DNA from: Mobula hypostoma
Taxonomy: Eukaryota
Assembly: GCF_963921235.1 (NCBI RefSeq)
Contig: NC_086109.1
Coordinates: forward strand, 27,220,001-27,284,000
Length of the DNA: 64,000 nucleotides
Reading direction: 5' to 3'
The translations under genes and the position numbers were made by a program. How positions within the stretch are numbered: position 1 is the stretch's first letter; each line of letters opens with the position of its first letter. The notes under the pieces were generated by a model. The model was not told the DNA's origin, made no database searches, and saw only the letters and a list, made by a program, of their open reading frames with translations. Shown one piece after another: positions 51,513-64,000 of the stretch.

Positions 51513-53434
51513 AACAAGTCACCCCAGCAGCTTCTTATCTGGCTTGCGGCCAGCTTCATAAAACCATAGCTACAGCAACTGGCTGCACGCATGTGGGTAC
51601 CAAGGGGAGAGGTTTCATACTGCCATTGACAGAGCACCTCTTTTTGGGCAAGTGCCAGCAATTTCCATCTAACTCCAAAATGCTCTTCACATGAAAAAAA
51701 ATAATGGCTATGATAATGAGTGACTAGTGTACAAAACCAGCTTTAAAATTATGCAGTGTTACCGTTACTATTTAATCATTCAAAGACCTCAGGAAGTAAA
51801 AGCTATTTATCTCTGCTGGAGAGTTTGTTCTTTAGCTGTTTCGGGTGAGGGATTCTTGAAACAATCTGGTATATTGTAAATATTTCTGAAAGCAGCTTTT
51901 CTTCTTAAAAACATACATGTTGCTTTCTAAAGAGCAACTATTCAAAACAATTATTTATTTACTTAAATAATCTCTTCATACTTTATTGTGCCATAGGTTT
52001 TACTGAAGGCAATTAGAGTGATTTTCTTTCATACATTCATTATGGGCAACATGCTGCTTTAATAGTGTCTTTGTAACATCTAGTTATGCAAAGTAGTGGT
52101 CTTGTTGGCTCTCTTTGTTTATATTCCACCAACTGGCTTCACATGAAATATTCTAAGATAAACCATTTTTCTGGATTTCAGAATCACCAGTTATTGGGGC
52201 TGAAGAATTCCTAAACTGTTCAAAGGCTTTCCGATATGGGAGAGTTGAGATATTTTGGCAAGCCTACACTGCTGAATCTGTCAGTTCACTGCATTATCAG
52301 GCTCCAAGGGAATTCAATGGGTTAAGAGGTAACTGATGGGGACGAAGTGAGCCCCACAGACTCTGCCAACGGTGCCTGGGCTGTGTGGGAGGTGGTGTAT
52401 TCCTTCTGTTTTCACTGGGAATTGTAGGGCAAATCAGTATCAGAATCTGGTTTAATATCACTGGCATTGGGTGTGAAATTGGTCAAAGATATGAGAGCCA
52501 AGGGGAAACCAAATTCAGTGATACTCCACCTGTAAAGTTAACTCCTCAAATGCAAAAGTTTAAGAATCAATGAACAGTATAAAATAGCATTATGTCAGTG
52601 ATACAAAGGTTCCAGTGGTGGAAGGGGTTTGGTTGAAATCTCTTTTGAGGCAGTCACCTGGTGTAAAGGACGATGTTACTCCACTCCGATTCTGTGGGTT
52701 TTGACATGACTGTGGAGGTCAATTATCGTTTCCATAGACTTTACCACAAGGGAAGGGGGAGGGTGGAGGTAACTGGAATTGTTTGACAGTGCAGGTGGGT
52801 GTATATTGGGTTACATAGAGCACTTCTTTGCTGTTTTCACTGGACATCTAAATGCTCACAGTGAAGAGGTCTTAATACCTTCAAAACATTCCATTCACAA
52901 TTGAGTAGCCATGAAGCAGAGATTCTACTAAAACTGTGAAGATGTCACATATTTTCAAGGAGGCTTTGAGAACAGTGTCAGAGTTGTCTATAATGCTGCC
53001 ACAAGTAGATTTCTCATTGTATCTGTGCATACATGTACGTGTGCATATGACAATAAACTCAACTTTGACTCAATACTTAATGCAGAGTGGTGTGAAAATG
53101 TAATGTTAACTGTTACATAGGCTTCACATATTTTGAGTCTATAATAGAAGAAAATCCATTTCCATATTAAAACTATAGGAAATTGAGAATGGACAACAAA
53201 GATATTTCAAGTGTGTCAAAGGCCTAGAGGACAGAGTACATATTAATGCTTTTTTAATTTAATTAATTCATGGGATGTGGTTGTCACTGGTAATGCCAGT
53301 CGTAAGTGTGCGTAATTGACTTTCCCTGGGCTGAGGAAGCAGTTTAAGTGTAATTAGTCACGTGTACACCAAGGTGAGTAAGAATGACAAGTTTCCTTCT
53401 CTGAAGGGTATCAATGAACCATATGAAAAATACA

Positions 53435-53742
53435 CCGAGATGAGTTATACAGCTCTTTACAAGCACGTGCAGATCAACTCTTTGAGTGATTATGCAGAAA
53501 GTTTGAGGTTAATAACTCATCTCCTTCTACCATAGGCCACGAACTTATCAATCATTCCTGCCGTGGACCACTTTCTGGAGGTCCAAGACGCCGACTTCTA
53601 CAAAGAAGGGATCCGTATGCCCCACCACCGCTGGACTAAGAGTGTAAATGTGGGAGGGGACTATGTTGCAAAATAAATGTACTAGGTTTTTTAAAAATTG
53701 ACTCCTTCTACCTTAGGCCACAAACTTATCAATCACCCCTCG
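53435..53742 (+). mobile_element. Mariner MITE right part (same family as 6351-6945)
   Basis: DFYKEGIRM..RWTK.VNVGGDYVAK*; TIR ...ATCAATCACCCCTCG followed by TA. Confidence 0.85.
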
Positions 53743-53859
53743 TACTTGGCAGGTCAGGCAGAACTTGTGTAGTGAGAAACAGAGTTAACTTTTCAATCAG
53801 TGACCTTTTATCAGAACACACTGGCCATTGATCTGAAATACTACTTCTATTCTCTCTAT

Positions 53860-54045
53860 TTTCCCATGCAACTGCAAGAGAAACAACACCCATCCTTTCA
53901 CCTCTTCCCTTCCTACCATCCAGGGACCCAAATGTTTTTTTGAGGTGAAGTTGTGATCCACCTGTATATTTTCCAAGTACTGCATTCAGTATTCATAATT
54001 TGCTCTCACCTACACCGAGAAAAATAAACACCGACTGGCTGACCA
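53860..54045 (+). mobile_element. Degraded PLE GIY-YIG fragment
   Basis: Similar to 33930-34130 (TSSLPTIQGPK). Confidence 0.6.
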
Positions 54046-54285
54046 TTTTATTTATTTAAATGTTTATTTTAAGATATAGCACGTTAACAGGCCCTTCTAG
54101 CTGAATAAGCCCATCCCACTCACATGACCAATTAAACTACTAACCTGTCTGTACGTCTTTGGAGTGTGGAAGAATACCAGAGCACCTGGAGGGAAGAATG
54201 TATAAAATCTTTCCAGGCACAGATGGGAATTGAACTCAGGTCACTGAGGCTGTGATACCGTTGTGCTCGCCACTATGCTACCATG
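54046..54285 (-). mobile_element. tRNA-derived SINE
   Basis: SINE core; GGGAATTGAAC (B-box reverse complement). Confidence 0.72.
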
Positions 54286-55094
54286 CTCTGTGACACACAC
54301 CAGCCAGAACTGAGGAACTGCTGAAACCATGGTGATGAATTGGGCAGAGAGGGACTTCTCATTGTCCTGCTTGTCATCCAAGGGACACAGAAGTGTCTCC
54401 TCCACGTCTCCAAAATACCCTGATCTTGTTTCAATTTCTCCCTGTCAGCTGCTGACTTGCACCTCTCACTCAAGCAACTCCTCGCCCTTTGCTTCCTCTC
54501 TTTTTCTTTCTCATTTACAATATCCAGCTGTGGCATTTTAGCACCTGAATTGCTACCTGCTAAGCACGTAGACTGTCATTTTTTTTTCATCACCTAGCAG
54601 CAGTGAAACGAAGAAAAAAGCAAGTAAATTGAGTTCCTGCTGTCATAAATGGAATGACTTCCACATTTTTGGGTTCCCTGACACTCAATTCCTTTGTTCC
54701 GGTAAATATCAAAGCCCAAAAGTTTCATTGCAAGTTATTCTTCTGACGTGAGCTGTTCCCAGTTGCAGCCAGTTTAACTGCTGCTACCTTTCTGCTGATC
54801 TTGTTTGGACTACACTGTGGATTTTATTGACTTCCTTTTGCGAGCAACTGATCTTTGTGTTCAGAAGGGAGGAACTGAGTGCATTTTATATAAAATGGAT
54901 CAGAACAAAGAAACTGGACTTGAGTACACACGCTGAATCCACAATTGGAGCTACCTCAGACTCATGTTACAATGATAATCACCTGGAGCTGATCAGAATT
55001 CGACAGCTGAGGAGCTTACTTTACTTTAGTGACATTATTCTGAAATTCTTCCTCATAAGGTAGTTTAAAAAAAGGCTACTGCATGTCATAACAC

Positions 55095-55126
55095 CTCGAA
55101 TTCTGCAGTTGTTGGAAATCCAAAGC

Positions 55127-55158
<32 letters not shown>

Positions 55159-55382
55159 GCTGGAGGAACAGCAGGTCAGGCAACATCTATGGATCTATGG
55201 AAAAGAGTTTTGGGCTGAGGAGTCCAGAAGAGGGATCTCGGCCCAAAACGTCAACTGTTTATTCATTTCCATAGATACTGCCAGACACTGCATGCATTAG
55301 GGATTACTGCCTGCTGAGTTCCTCCAGCATTTTGTGTGTGTTGCTCTGGATTTCCAGCATCTGCAGGACTTCTTGTGTTTAT
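55095..55382. repeat. Degenerate palindromic pLTR mini-element with expanded (CA)n
   Basis: TGCTGGAGGAAC...GTTCCTCCAGCA arms; decayed HHR GGGATCTCGGCCCAAAACGTCAAC; (CA)n at 55127-55155. Confidence 0.7.
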
Positions 55383-55937
55383 GGATTAGGGATTATCAAG
55401 GATTTACGTTTAACTCTTCATTTAGAATTTCTTTATTAAATGGGAATAATTGTAAAGGTGGGAGCATATTGGTGCACCCAGGAAGGAGAAGCCCCATGCA
55501 AAATACTTGCCAACAGGTATAATGTAGAAACATGATGTTAATTACATCTACTGCTTGCCCTGAGATGAAAAAAATCATTTCTCCTCCATTTGGTAGACCA
55601 CTTCAATCAGAGAAGCTCAATCAGTGGAGGGCCTCAAGGGCTATTATCAAGGTTATCTCTCACCAGTGACAGAACCAACACAAAAGTTAAACTTACTTAA
55701 CTCACTCTCATCAACCCTTTGTCGCAACTCGGCAGCCAAAATCATACACTGTCCATCGTTGCTGGACCTACATCCTAGAACATTCTTCCCAACAGCATTA
55801 TGGGAGTATTTTCAACACAAGGACTACAGCTGTTCAAAAAGGGAACTCATCACTATCTCCTTAAAGGCAATCAGAGAGAAGCAATGTAAACTGACCTATC
55901 TGTGATAAGCACATCCCATAAAGGATTTAAATAAGAT

Positions 55938-56532
55938 TGTGATGTTGAGGCTCTATAAGGTGCTAATGAGACCTCACTTACAGTACTGTGGGCAGTTTTG
56001 GTCTCCTTATTTAAGAAAGGATGTGCTGACGTTGGAGAGGGTTCAGAGAAGATTCACTAGAATGATTCCGGGAATGAGAGGGTTAACATATGAGGAACGT
56101 TTGTCTGCTCTTGGACTATATTCCTTGGAGTTTAGAAGAATGAGGGAGGACCTCATAGAAACACTTCGAATGTTGAAAGGCATGGACAGAGTGGAGGTGG
56201 CAAAGTTGTTTCCCATGATGGGAGAGTCTAGTACGAGAGGGCATGACTTAAGGATTGAAGGGTGCCCATTCAGAACAGAGATGCGAAGAAATTTTTTTAG
56301 CCAGAGGGTGGTGAATCTATGGAATTTGCTGCCACAGGCGGCAGTGGAGGCCAAGTCATTGAGTGTATTTAAGGCAGAGATTGATAGGTATCTGAGTTGC
56401 CAGGGCAACAAAGGTTATGGTGAGAAGGCGGGGGAGTGGGACTAAATGGGAGAATGGATCAGCTCATGATAAAATGGCGGAGCAGACCTGATGGGCCAAA
56501 TGGCCGACTTCTGCTCCTTTGTCTTATGGTCT
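55938..56532 (+). mobile_element. Young CR1 3' fragment
   Basis: Open 168-aa ORF2 C-terminus (LYKVLMRPHLQYCGQFWSP...RVVNLWNLLP) and 3' UTR. Confidence 0.93.
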
Positions 56533-56565
56533 AAACCTAAGTGAAGAAATGTGTAGCAAAACATC

Positions 56566-57124
56566 CACTCAGTGGACATTTTATTATGTACACCTGTTGC
56601 CCTGCTTCTTAATGCAATAATCAGCTAAACATGTGGCAGCAGCTCAATGCATAAAGCATGCAGAGATGGTCAAGAGGTTCATTTGTTGTTGAAATCAAAC
56701 ATTAGAATGGGGAAGGAATGTGACCTAAGTGACTTGGCCATGAAATTGGTTCCAGATGGGGTGGTTTCAGTATCTCAGAAACTGCTGATCTCCTGGGATG
56801 TTCATGCACAACAGTCTCTCGAGTTTAGAGAATTGTGCAAAAGAAAAAAAAAACAAGAAACATCCAGTGAGTGGCAGTTCTGAGGAGGAAAACACACTGT
56901 TAATGAGAGAGGTCAGAAGAGAATGGTCAGACTCCTTCAAATTTATAGGAAGGTGACAGTAACTCAACTAACCACGCATTAAAGCAGTGGTGTGCAGAAG
57001 AGCACCTTTGAACGTATAGCACATTGAAACTTGAAGTGGATGGGCTACACAGTAGAAAACCACAGACATACCCTTAATGGCCACTTTATAAGATACCTCC
57101 TGTACCTAATAAAGTGGCTAGTGT
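56566..57124 (+). mobile_element. Tc1-like non-autonomous element
   Basis: TIRs CACTCAGTGG.../...TACCTAATAAAGTGGC; homolog of 27231-27775. Confidence 0.8.
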
Positions 57125-57479
57125 ATTTTCTCCCATGCTTTTTTTTTTGATCTTTTAAAATGAAACTTTGCAATTTTTAGATACGTGATGTTGAACAAGA
57201 AGTACAACAACTTACAGAAGACACTTAATGCAGTAAAGCATTTAAAATGCTTCAAAAATTATCATTTTATATCAAATTCTGAAGGACATTAATTCTGTTT
57301 CTCTCACCACAGATGTTCTTTTTCTTTTGTCTTTATCTTCACTGATTTTGCTGCTGAGGGAGGGACCGCTCCCCTGTGTGAAACAGGCATACCACTGGCG
57401 TCCGATAGCTAGTTTGTGAACCTGTTGCATATCTGATAATCAGGTGATTTGCTGTGGCATTTCACGGGAAGGATTTAAT

Positions 57480-57900
57480 AGTTACAGAGAAACTGCATAA
57501 GAAATGTAGCAGGATATTGCCTGGAATGGATGGTTGTATGGGGGATTAGATGGGCCGGATTTATTCTCACTGGAATATGGGAGGTTAAGGGGTGACATTA
57601 GGTAATAATCATAATCTTATGCTCCCAGGACAGGGGAGTCTACACTAGTGGGCACAGGTTTAAGGTGACAGTGAGGGGTGGGGAGAACAGGGATCTGAGG
57701 GGTAAGTTTTTCCACACAGAATGTGGTATCTGGAACAAATGCCAGAGATGCATTTGAAAGGCATTTGAATAGGTACTTGGATAAGAACTGCACATAAGGA
57801 TACAAAGCTACTACACTCAGGTGGAAAGAGCATTGACAGACATCACAGACAGCATGGATGACATGAGCTGAAAATGTGTTGTACTATTCTGATTCTTTGG
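57480..57900 (+). mobile_element. Degraded CR1 3' fragment
   Basis: DLRGKFFHTE, FERHLNRYLD motifs. Confidence 0.65.
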
Positions 57901-59391
57901 TTCACCAATAACCATTATAAATGCAAACAACTTCAGTTCCTTCCACAGCAGACTAAAGATGTCTTCAGTTACCATGAACAGCAATCAGATTTAATCAGGA
58001 TTTATCTTGTTATAACATTAATTTTACCCTTCTCACATCAATGAATATTAAATCTTTACCTATGCTGTCAGAAGGAAATACATTAAATGGTGAATCTAGC
58101 CTACATAACAATAGTACATTTTTTTCTCAGTTGAAAAGACATTTTTTAATATTTCAGATGCCGAACACCAAGTATTTGCACTCATGGGAAATCCGTGTCT
58201 GAGGTTTGAAATCACATTTGAAGATAAAATTACAATTCATGTGTTACATAATTTATGCTGCATTTGTTGAAATAGATTGAATTATAAATAATGGAGTAAA
58301 TAATCCAGTGATGTTTGCAAACTAAGTCCAGTTGTCAAGTGATCTGATGTCAAACAGATGAGTATTTGATGATCAAATGTGACATGTTCAATCAGCCCTT
58401 CAAGTGTATGCTAAACCAGTTGTCAATCTTATCCAGGTTTCTCAGTAAGGAAACTTAAAAAGAAGACAAGTGTTATAGGTACTTACAGAATTACACTAAT
58501 ACTCTGATAATCTGCTGGCTGACTATATAGAAATTTCAGTAGCTTAACATGTGGTTCATCAGACAATAGCTGCCCTGCTCCCTCACGACCCTTTCCAATC
58601 ACCAGGACTGCACTTCCCTCATATCCTGCTGATTAACCATGACCCTGATTCCCACACTCCTTTTTGACTCAATACCACTGAAGTTCAATGGTTGTTTTTG
58701 GATATGTTGCATGTCTGATAATCATATGTTGATCCTCCTGATCTCTTTAAATTTACCTGACACACTAGAAAATATATGTGAACACTGACCTACATATAAA
58801 ATGCATGAATTAATAGTGCATTGTCATATTAATAAAAATAACACCTAATAGTGTGGAAAATTTTCCAGTCCAGCACCGCTAAAACCGGATTATTTGAGTT
58901 TTAGTGTAGGGGGTCTCACTTTAAAGCTCAACAACTTCTTTCATTCAAATCACATATTTTAAAAGCTGCTTGGTTGGTTATGAACTATCCAGCCACCATC
59001 TGTAAAGGAGAGCACATATGGATACGTTCGGTTTTCTAAGTTCAAATGTACACCATTAACAGGTTTAGCAAGATCACAGTTTTCAGCAAGTCTTCAAACC
59101 AATGAGTAACAACAGAGGGATCAAATATTAAAGACAAAACATAATAGTTAAATTATGAATCCAAGAAAGATAAACATTGCATTGAATATACAGTAGTTTT
59201 CTTTTAATAACTAATTCCACCTTTCATCACTTCAATAAAGCAATCTTGTTTCAACAAGTTTATTTGTAGCAAGTAATAGATTTTACATTGGATTACGATT
59301 TTGGTGCATGCATACTTCATGAAAGGCTAAATGATTTCAAGGATGGTTCTTAGTCAACTTCCGTTCACACTGAATATGATCTGTTGGGTTA

Positions 59392-59556
<165 letters not shown>

Positions 59557-60229
59557 TTAGACCACCTAGCTGGGCAAAGTTCATCTATCTATGACTGCAA
59601 TGGATAGGCGGCACAATACAAGACACTGACCTCTCCTGGGCAACAGCACATAATAAAATACACTGATTTACATCAACATAAAGTAAGTACCCACTTCAGA
59701 CAAATGATTCATTCTGCTGGGCTTCAAAAGGTAAGAATGTGACTTAATGAGTACATAGAGAATCTCTTGCGGCTAGACATTATGCATAATGGTCCCATCA
59801 AAGCAAAAAAAAAATTGATGCGATTTTCTCACTGAAATTGGAATTCAGAAAGGTGCTGTTACTGTCACAGCAGGTATCAAGATGGCATGAAAAAGTCTCT
59901 CCCCTGATGTGAAAATAGTTCATACTCATCAATAGGGATATGCCAGGGAATGAGGTGTGCGCAAGGCATGGCAACATAGGCCATAATCCCAGTAATCATA
60001 GAAAAAGAGACTATACCTAACGTGAGTTTCTGGTGCACCCTTCTATTTGGTGTATAAAAGTGTGAAATGGCTTTACAATTTAATAATTTCAACTGTAGAT
60101 TCAAAAATACACCATAAATTTGCAAATGTTGGTATATTTTGGATGACAGCCAGCACTGAGTAGGACCATGAGAACAGTGACTTGAATAAACTTCAAGAGT
60201 GGGCAAATATAGGTTCAGTACAGAGTGGA

Positions 60230-60485
60230 AAGGCAGTGTAGCGGTTAGTGTAATGCTATTACAGTGCCAGCAACCCAGGTTCAATTCTTGCCACTGTCGG
60301 TAAGGAGTTTGCATGTTCTCCCCATGACTGCGTGGGTTTCCTCTGGGTGCCCGGTTTCCTCCCTCATTCTAAAAATGTACAGGTTAGTAGGTTAATTAGT
60401 ACATAGGTGTTACTGGGCAATGTGGGCTCGTTAGGCCAGAAGGACCTATTACCATGCCACATCTCTAAATATAATAAAAAAAAAA
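60230..60485 (+). mobile_element. tRNA-derived SINE
   Basis: A box GGCAGTGTAGCGGTTAG, B box GGTTCAATTCT, shared core, A-tail. Confidence 0.82.
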
Positions 60486-63234
60486 CAAGCAAGGTAGCAT
60501 ACTTTATCAGGAAGAACTGGGACACCACATTATTTAGAAGGCATGAGTCTTAGGGAAGGTAGAAGAACAAAGTTATGTCTGAGAACACTTTTTTTTCATG
60601 CTAAGTTATGCCGCAAAAGAGCAAGCAGCAAACCAACAGCGACAATAAAAAATGAAACCATGCTCTGTGGTTTATTTCTGGAGAGATGGAACAGAAAATT
60701 AGAGAGATTATGCTAAACCTGTCTTGAATCTTGGGCTAGATCATGCTGAGAGTACTGTTTGCCAAGTGATGTTAAGGATGAGAGAGGATGTAAAGATTTA
60801 TAGACATGATACCAGAAATATAAGAATTCACAGGTGGGTTTCTTCCATCTCAACATTAATAACGGGTCGGGGCAGAATTAACCAAGTTCCTTAAAATTAT
60901 TAGAGTTCAGGAAAAAAAAGAATGCTTCTGCTTGTGCAATATAGTATAACCATTAGTCATCAGCAAAATTCAAATACCTAAAGTATTGTGAACAGCATAA
61001 ATGCACTTAAGAAAAGACTCGTCAAGTAAATTATTTGGAAGGGAATAACAGTTTGCTCTGAAGGATGGGGGAAAGACAGGATGGGGAAACACTGTAAATT
61101 TCATAAATTCCTATAATGTCCTGTAAATGTCTGCAAATAAAATGGATTGCAAGGCAGTATATGATGACATATATGTTAGAGTGAATTTCTTTGGGTAGAT
61201 GATTTGTTTACACTCAAATGACATTGGCCACCAGACTTCTATTTGACAAAGTACTGTGGATTGAGTCCACAACAATGAGCTTCCTAAAAAGGTGTGAATA
61301 CCAGATGCTTCTGGCACCGTAGTTTGACCAGATGCTGTAGTTTCGAAGACAGTATTATGTATACATTATAAGTATTAATTATCTTCTATGTTAGCACGGG
61401 AAATGCCAAATAAATGTATCGTAGACTTAACTTACATTCCTAAAGGCTGTGGATACCAACCCAGACATGTTGGCGTCCGAAGGAAAGGATGGTGTGATAT
61501 TTTGTATGTAGCTTCAATAGGAAGCATTGTCTATAACTTTTTAAGTAGCGATTGCCTTTGTGTTTAGCATATAAATATCCAGCCCACATTGAGCTAGCAG
61601 ACCTTTCTGCGGAAAGCGTCTCCATCCATAAGATGCCTGCTGTACCTTGTTGTGTCGAATAAAGCAGCTGCTTTGTATCTAGCAGTGACTGTCTCTCCGG
61701 TAATTTCATCCACGCTACAACATTTATTTACTTTGATAATAACTTCACTTTCAACTTTGTAATCCAGAGGCTCAAAGAGCACCACCTAACTAGATAAAGT
61801 ATTTAGAAGAACACGCTACAACAATCAAGATACTGCATTCATCACAGGACAAAGCCAGGGCTGATGTGTTGAGTCACCATGTTGGAGCAGTCTGTACCCA
61901 GGCCAGGAGGGACGCATAACTCGTGAGCCAGCTCCCTGAAGGATGATATTTTAGACCAGTTTTGTTCCAGAGGATGGAGATGAGGACCACAACAGGACAG
62001 CCTGCAGATAAAGACTGAGATGCATGTTTGGAGCATTGCTGGAAAAGCTACCTGAACTATCTAGGAATATGAGAAATCCTGCTCCAATCTTGCCTATCAC
62101 TTTGAGCAGAACATGGAGCCTATTCTTTCACGGCTAGCTTCAACACCTGTGAACCAAACCACAATACATTTATTGTTGTCTGATGTCCCAACGTCCATTG
62201 CAGCACGTGTATCATGACCGCTGCTTTGTAGCTTCTGACCTCTGCCATCCAAAGTCAAGTCTCGGTCACTATGAACATGTGTTTGCGTCAACACTCTTGC
62301 CGTCCACTAGTTAATTAAATTACTATTCCTTTAAACTGATTAGGAGAGAGTGTAGGGGAAGCATTTATCTCATTTTCTTTCTCAGGATTGTTCTAGCAGT
62401 CTCTACAATCTTCCTGAAGGCTCCAGCACTTCGACAAGCTTCACAGAAGTAAAGAGAAATGATGCAATGGATTCCCTTGTCGTTCCAGTGCCACTCATCT
62501 GTTCAGTCCTCCTTTGAATGATTTCTAAGACATCCAGTATTAGAGTCAAAGTGACAGCTCTTCCCCATTCTCCTCCAAAGTGAAGTTTGAGCTCCCGGTG
62601 GTGCTGTGGGTGACCTGGCAGGATCATTACTAAAGATAGTCATTTGTGGAAAGAAAACACTGAAATTTTACCAATTCATTAAGAAAGAAAGTTAAACGGG
62701 CCAAATGGCCTGTTTCTGTTCTGTAGTGCTCTATGACTCAATGAAACTCTGCAAGTTGTTGTCCAGCTGCTCAATCAAGCTCTCGGTCCCCAACACATCT
62801 CCAAATTTCTGATGATCAATTGACATACGTCAAGTGCACAGCTACTTTCTGCTGTTGAACCTGATTTCCAATGTTTCCTCCCCATTGTGTGTTATTTGCA
62901 TAGAATGGACCAGTTTGACAACTCAGGCATGATATATATATATACTTTTACAATGATTGTTATCATTGTCCTGAATACTGCTATGAGCTAGTATTCTGAA
63001 AAAAATGTAAAAAGATTTAATTGAATGCTTCAATATTGGTGAGATATTTTATAAACCACCATTCATATTGGTGGAAATTAAAATATGGACAATGCCATTC
63101 AATAGACTGCCCAATATCAGTATTTCTATTGAAAGCTTTTTTTAAAGAATTTCAATCTGCATTTCTAAATACTTTCTTAAAGGAAAGCTGATGGTCTTGC
63201 AAATAAGGAAACAATAAGGGTGAAAGTTGATAGC

Positions 63235-63355
63235 AGAAGAGGGGAGAGGGAGAGAGGAAGTGACAGAGAGGGGAGGGGGAGGGGGAGGGAGAGGGGACAG
63301 GGAGAGAGGGAGGGGGGAGAGAGAAAGGGGGGAGCAGGAGAGGGGGAGAGGGGGA
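63235..63355 (+). repeat. GA-rich low-complexity tract
   Basis: Almost purely G/A over ~120 nt. Confidence 0.85.
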
Positions 63356-64000
63356 GTGCTAAGTATCTACACTACCAAAGGGTACAGAAAATGACAATAA
63401 GGTGAGATAAGCCAAATCAAACAGATGTGTATCCAAAAAAGACTGCAGAGAGAAATAACTAAACAGGTTGCCTTGGTAACTTTCAGAAATGACAGCCTGT
63501 GTCAGCATGGGTCTTGTATTAAGGGACTGTAGATACTGAGCCAAGTTAATTTGTGAATGGTGTGATGTTCTGTGAAATAAAAGATGCTGATATGCATTCA
63601 GGCTATAACAATAGGTTTAGTCTGACAAACCAGACTCCTGATACAGGTCACAATCTCCTTTCTCACTAGTGGATTAATAATTTCAATAAATAATCAAACA
63701 AAATAAAATTATAATTTATTTAACAGAAATTGAACAATGAACTGAACAATATATTTTTTTTAAAGATTTCACTCACATTTAATATTTATGCATATTTCCA
63801 AAGCATTTGTACATTTATAAGATCTATCATTGTTGATTATTTTCTGATGATGGCAATGTATGTTTGAGATTTTTAGACTGTGAGTCTTATCAGAGACCCA
63901 CTTAGCCTTGCAGCCCCTTATGTATCTTCTGAGAAAGTATATCAATAAATTGAAAATTTATAAAGCATGTTTCGCTTTGCAATGTGCTTTAAATCTTAGA

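Noticed and set aside
51600..51690. Next copine exon (minus-strand ILELDG)
   Set aside because: Only ELDG matches; no RDIVQ and no suitable splice sites.
62097..62627. Short minus-strand ORFs
   Set aside because: No recognisable domain; lengths compatible with chance.
63220..63405. RG/E-rich ORF
   Set aside because: Low-complexity GA tract.

Overview
Eukaryotic, AT-rich, transposon-dense DNA. The repeat repertoire (CR1, Rex1/Babar, tRNA-SINEs, Penelope pLTR minis) suggests a cartilaginous fish, probably a ray; this is an inference. Only one host coding exon is recognisable: a 103-nt copine (CPNE5-like) vWA-domain exon on the minus strand at 59413-59515. The rest looks like intron filled with nested, mostly decayed elements: hAT and Tc1/mariner MITEs, CR1, Rex1/Babar, Nimb/I, HERO, RTE, two Gypsy LTR elements and Penelope-like elements (PLEs). 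Three things stand out. (1) A Gypsy LTR element (5626-9480) has its RT/RNase H/integrase replaced by an intronless RBM25 mRNA fragment. (2) A young PLE insertion (32971-34943, 12-bp TSD) carries near-exact copies of two nearby target-locus segments, joined by microhomologies. (3) Minimal hammerhead-ribozyme motifs occur in PLE pLTRs, including a TSD-flanked 222-bp palindromic mini-element. All family calls are from visual motif recognition. Repeat boundaries are approximate unless a TSD or TIR is quoted.
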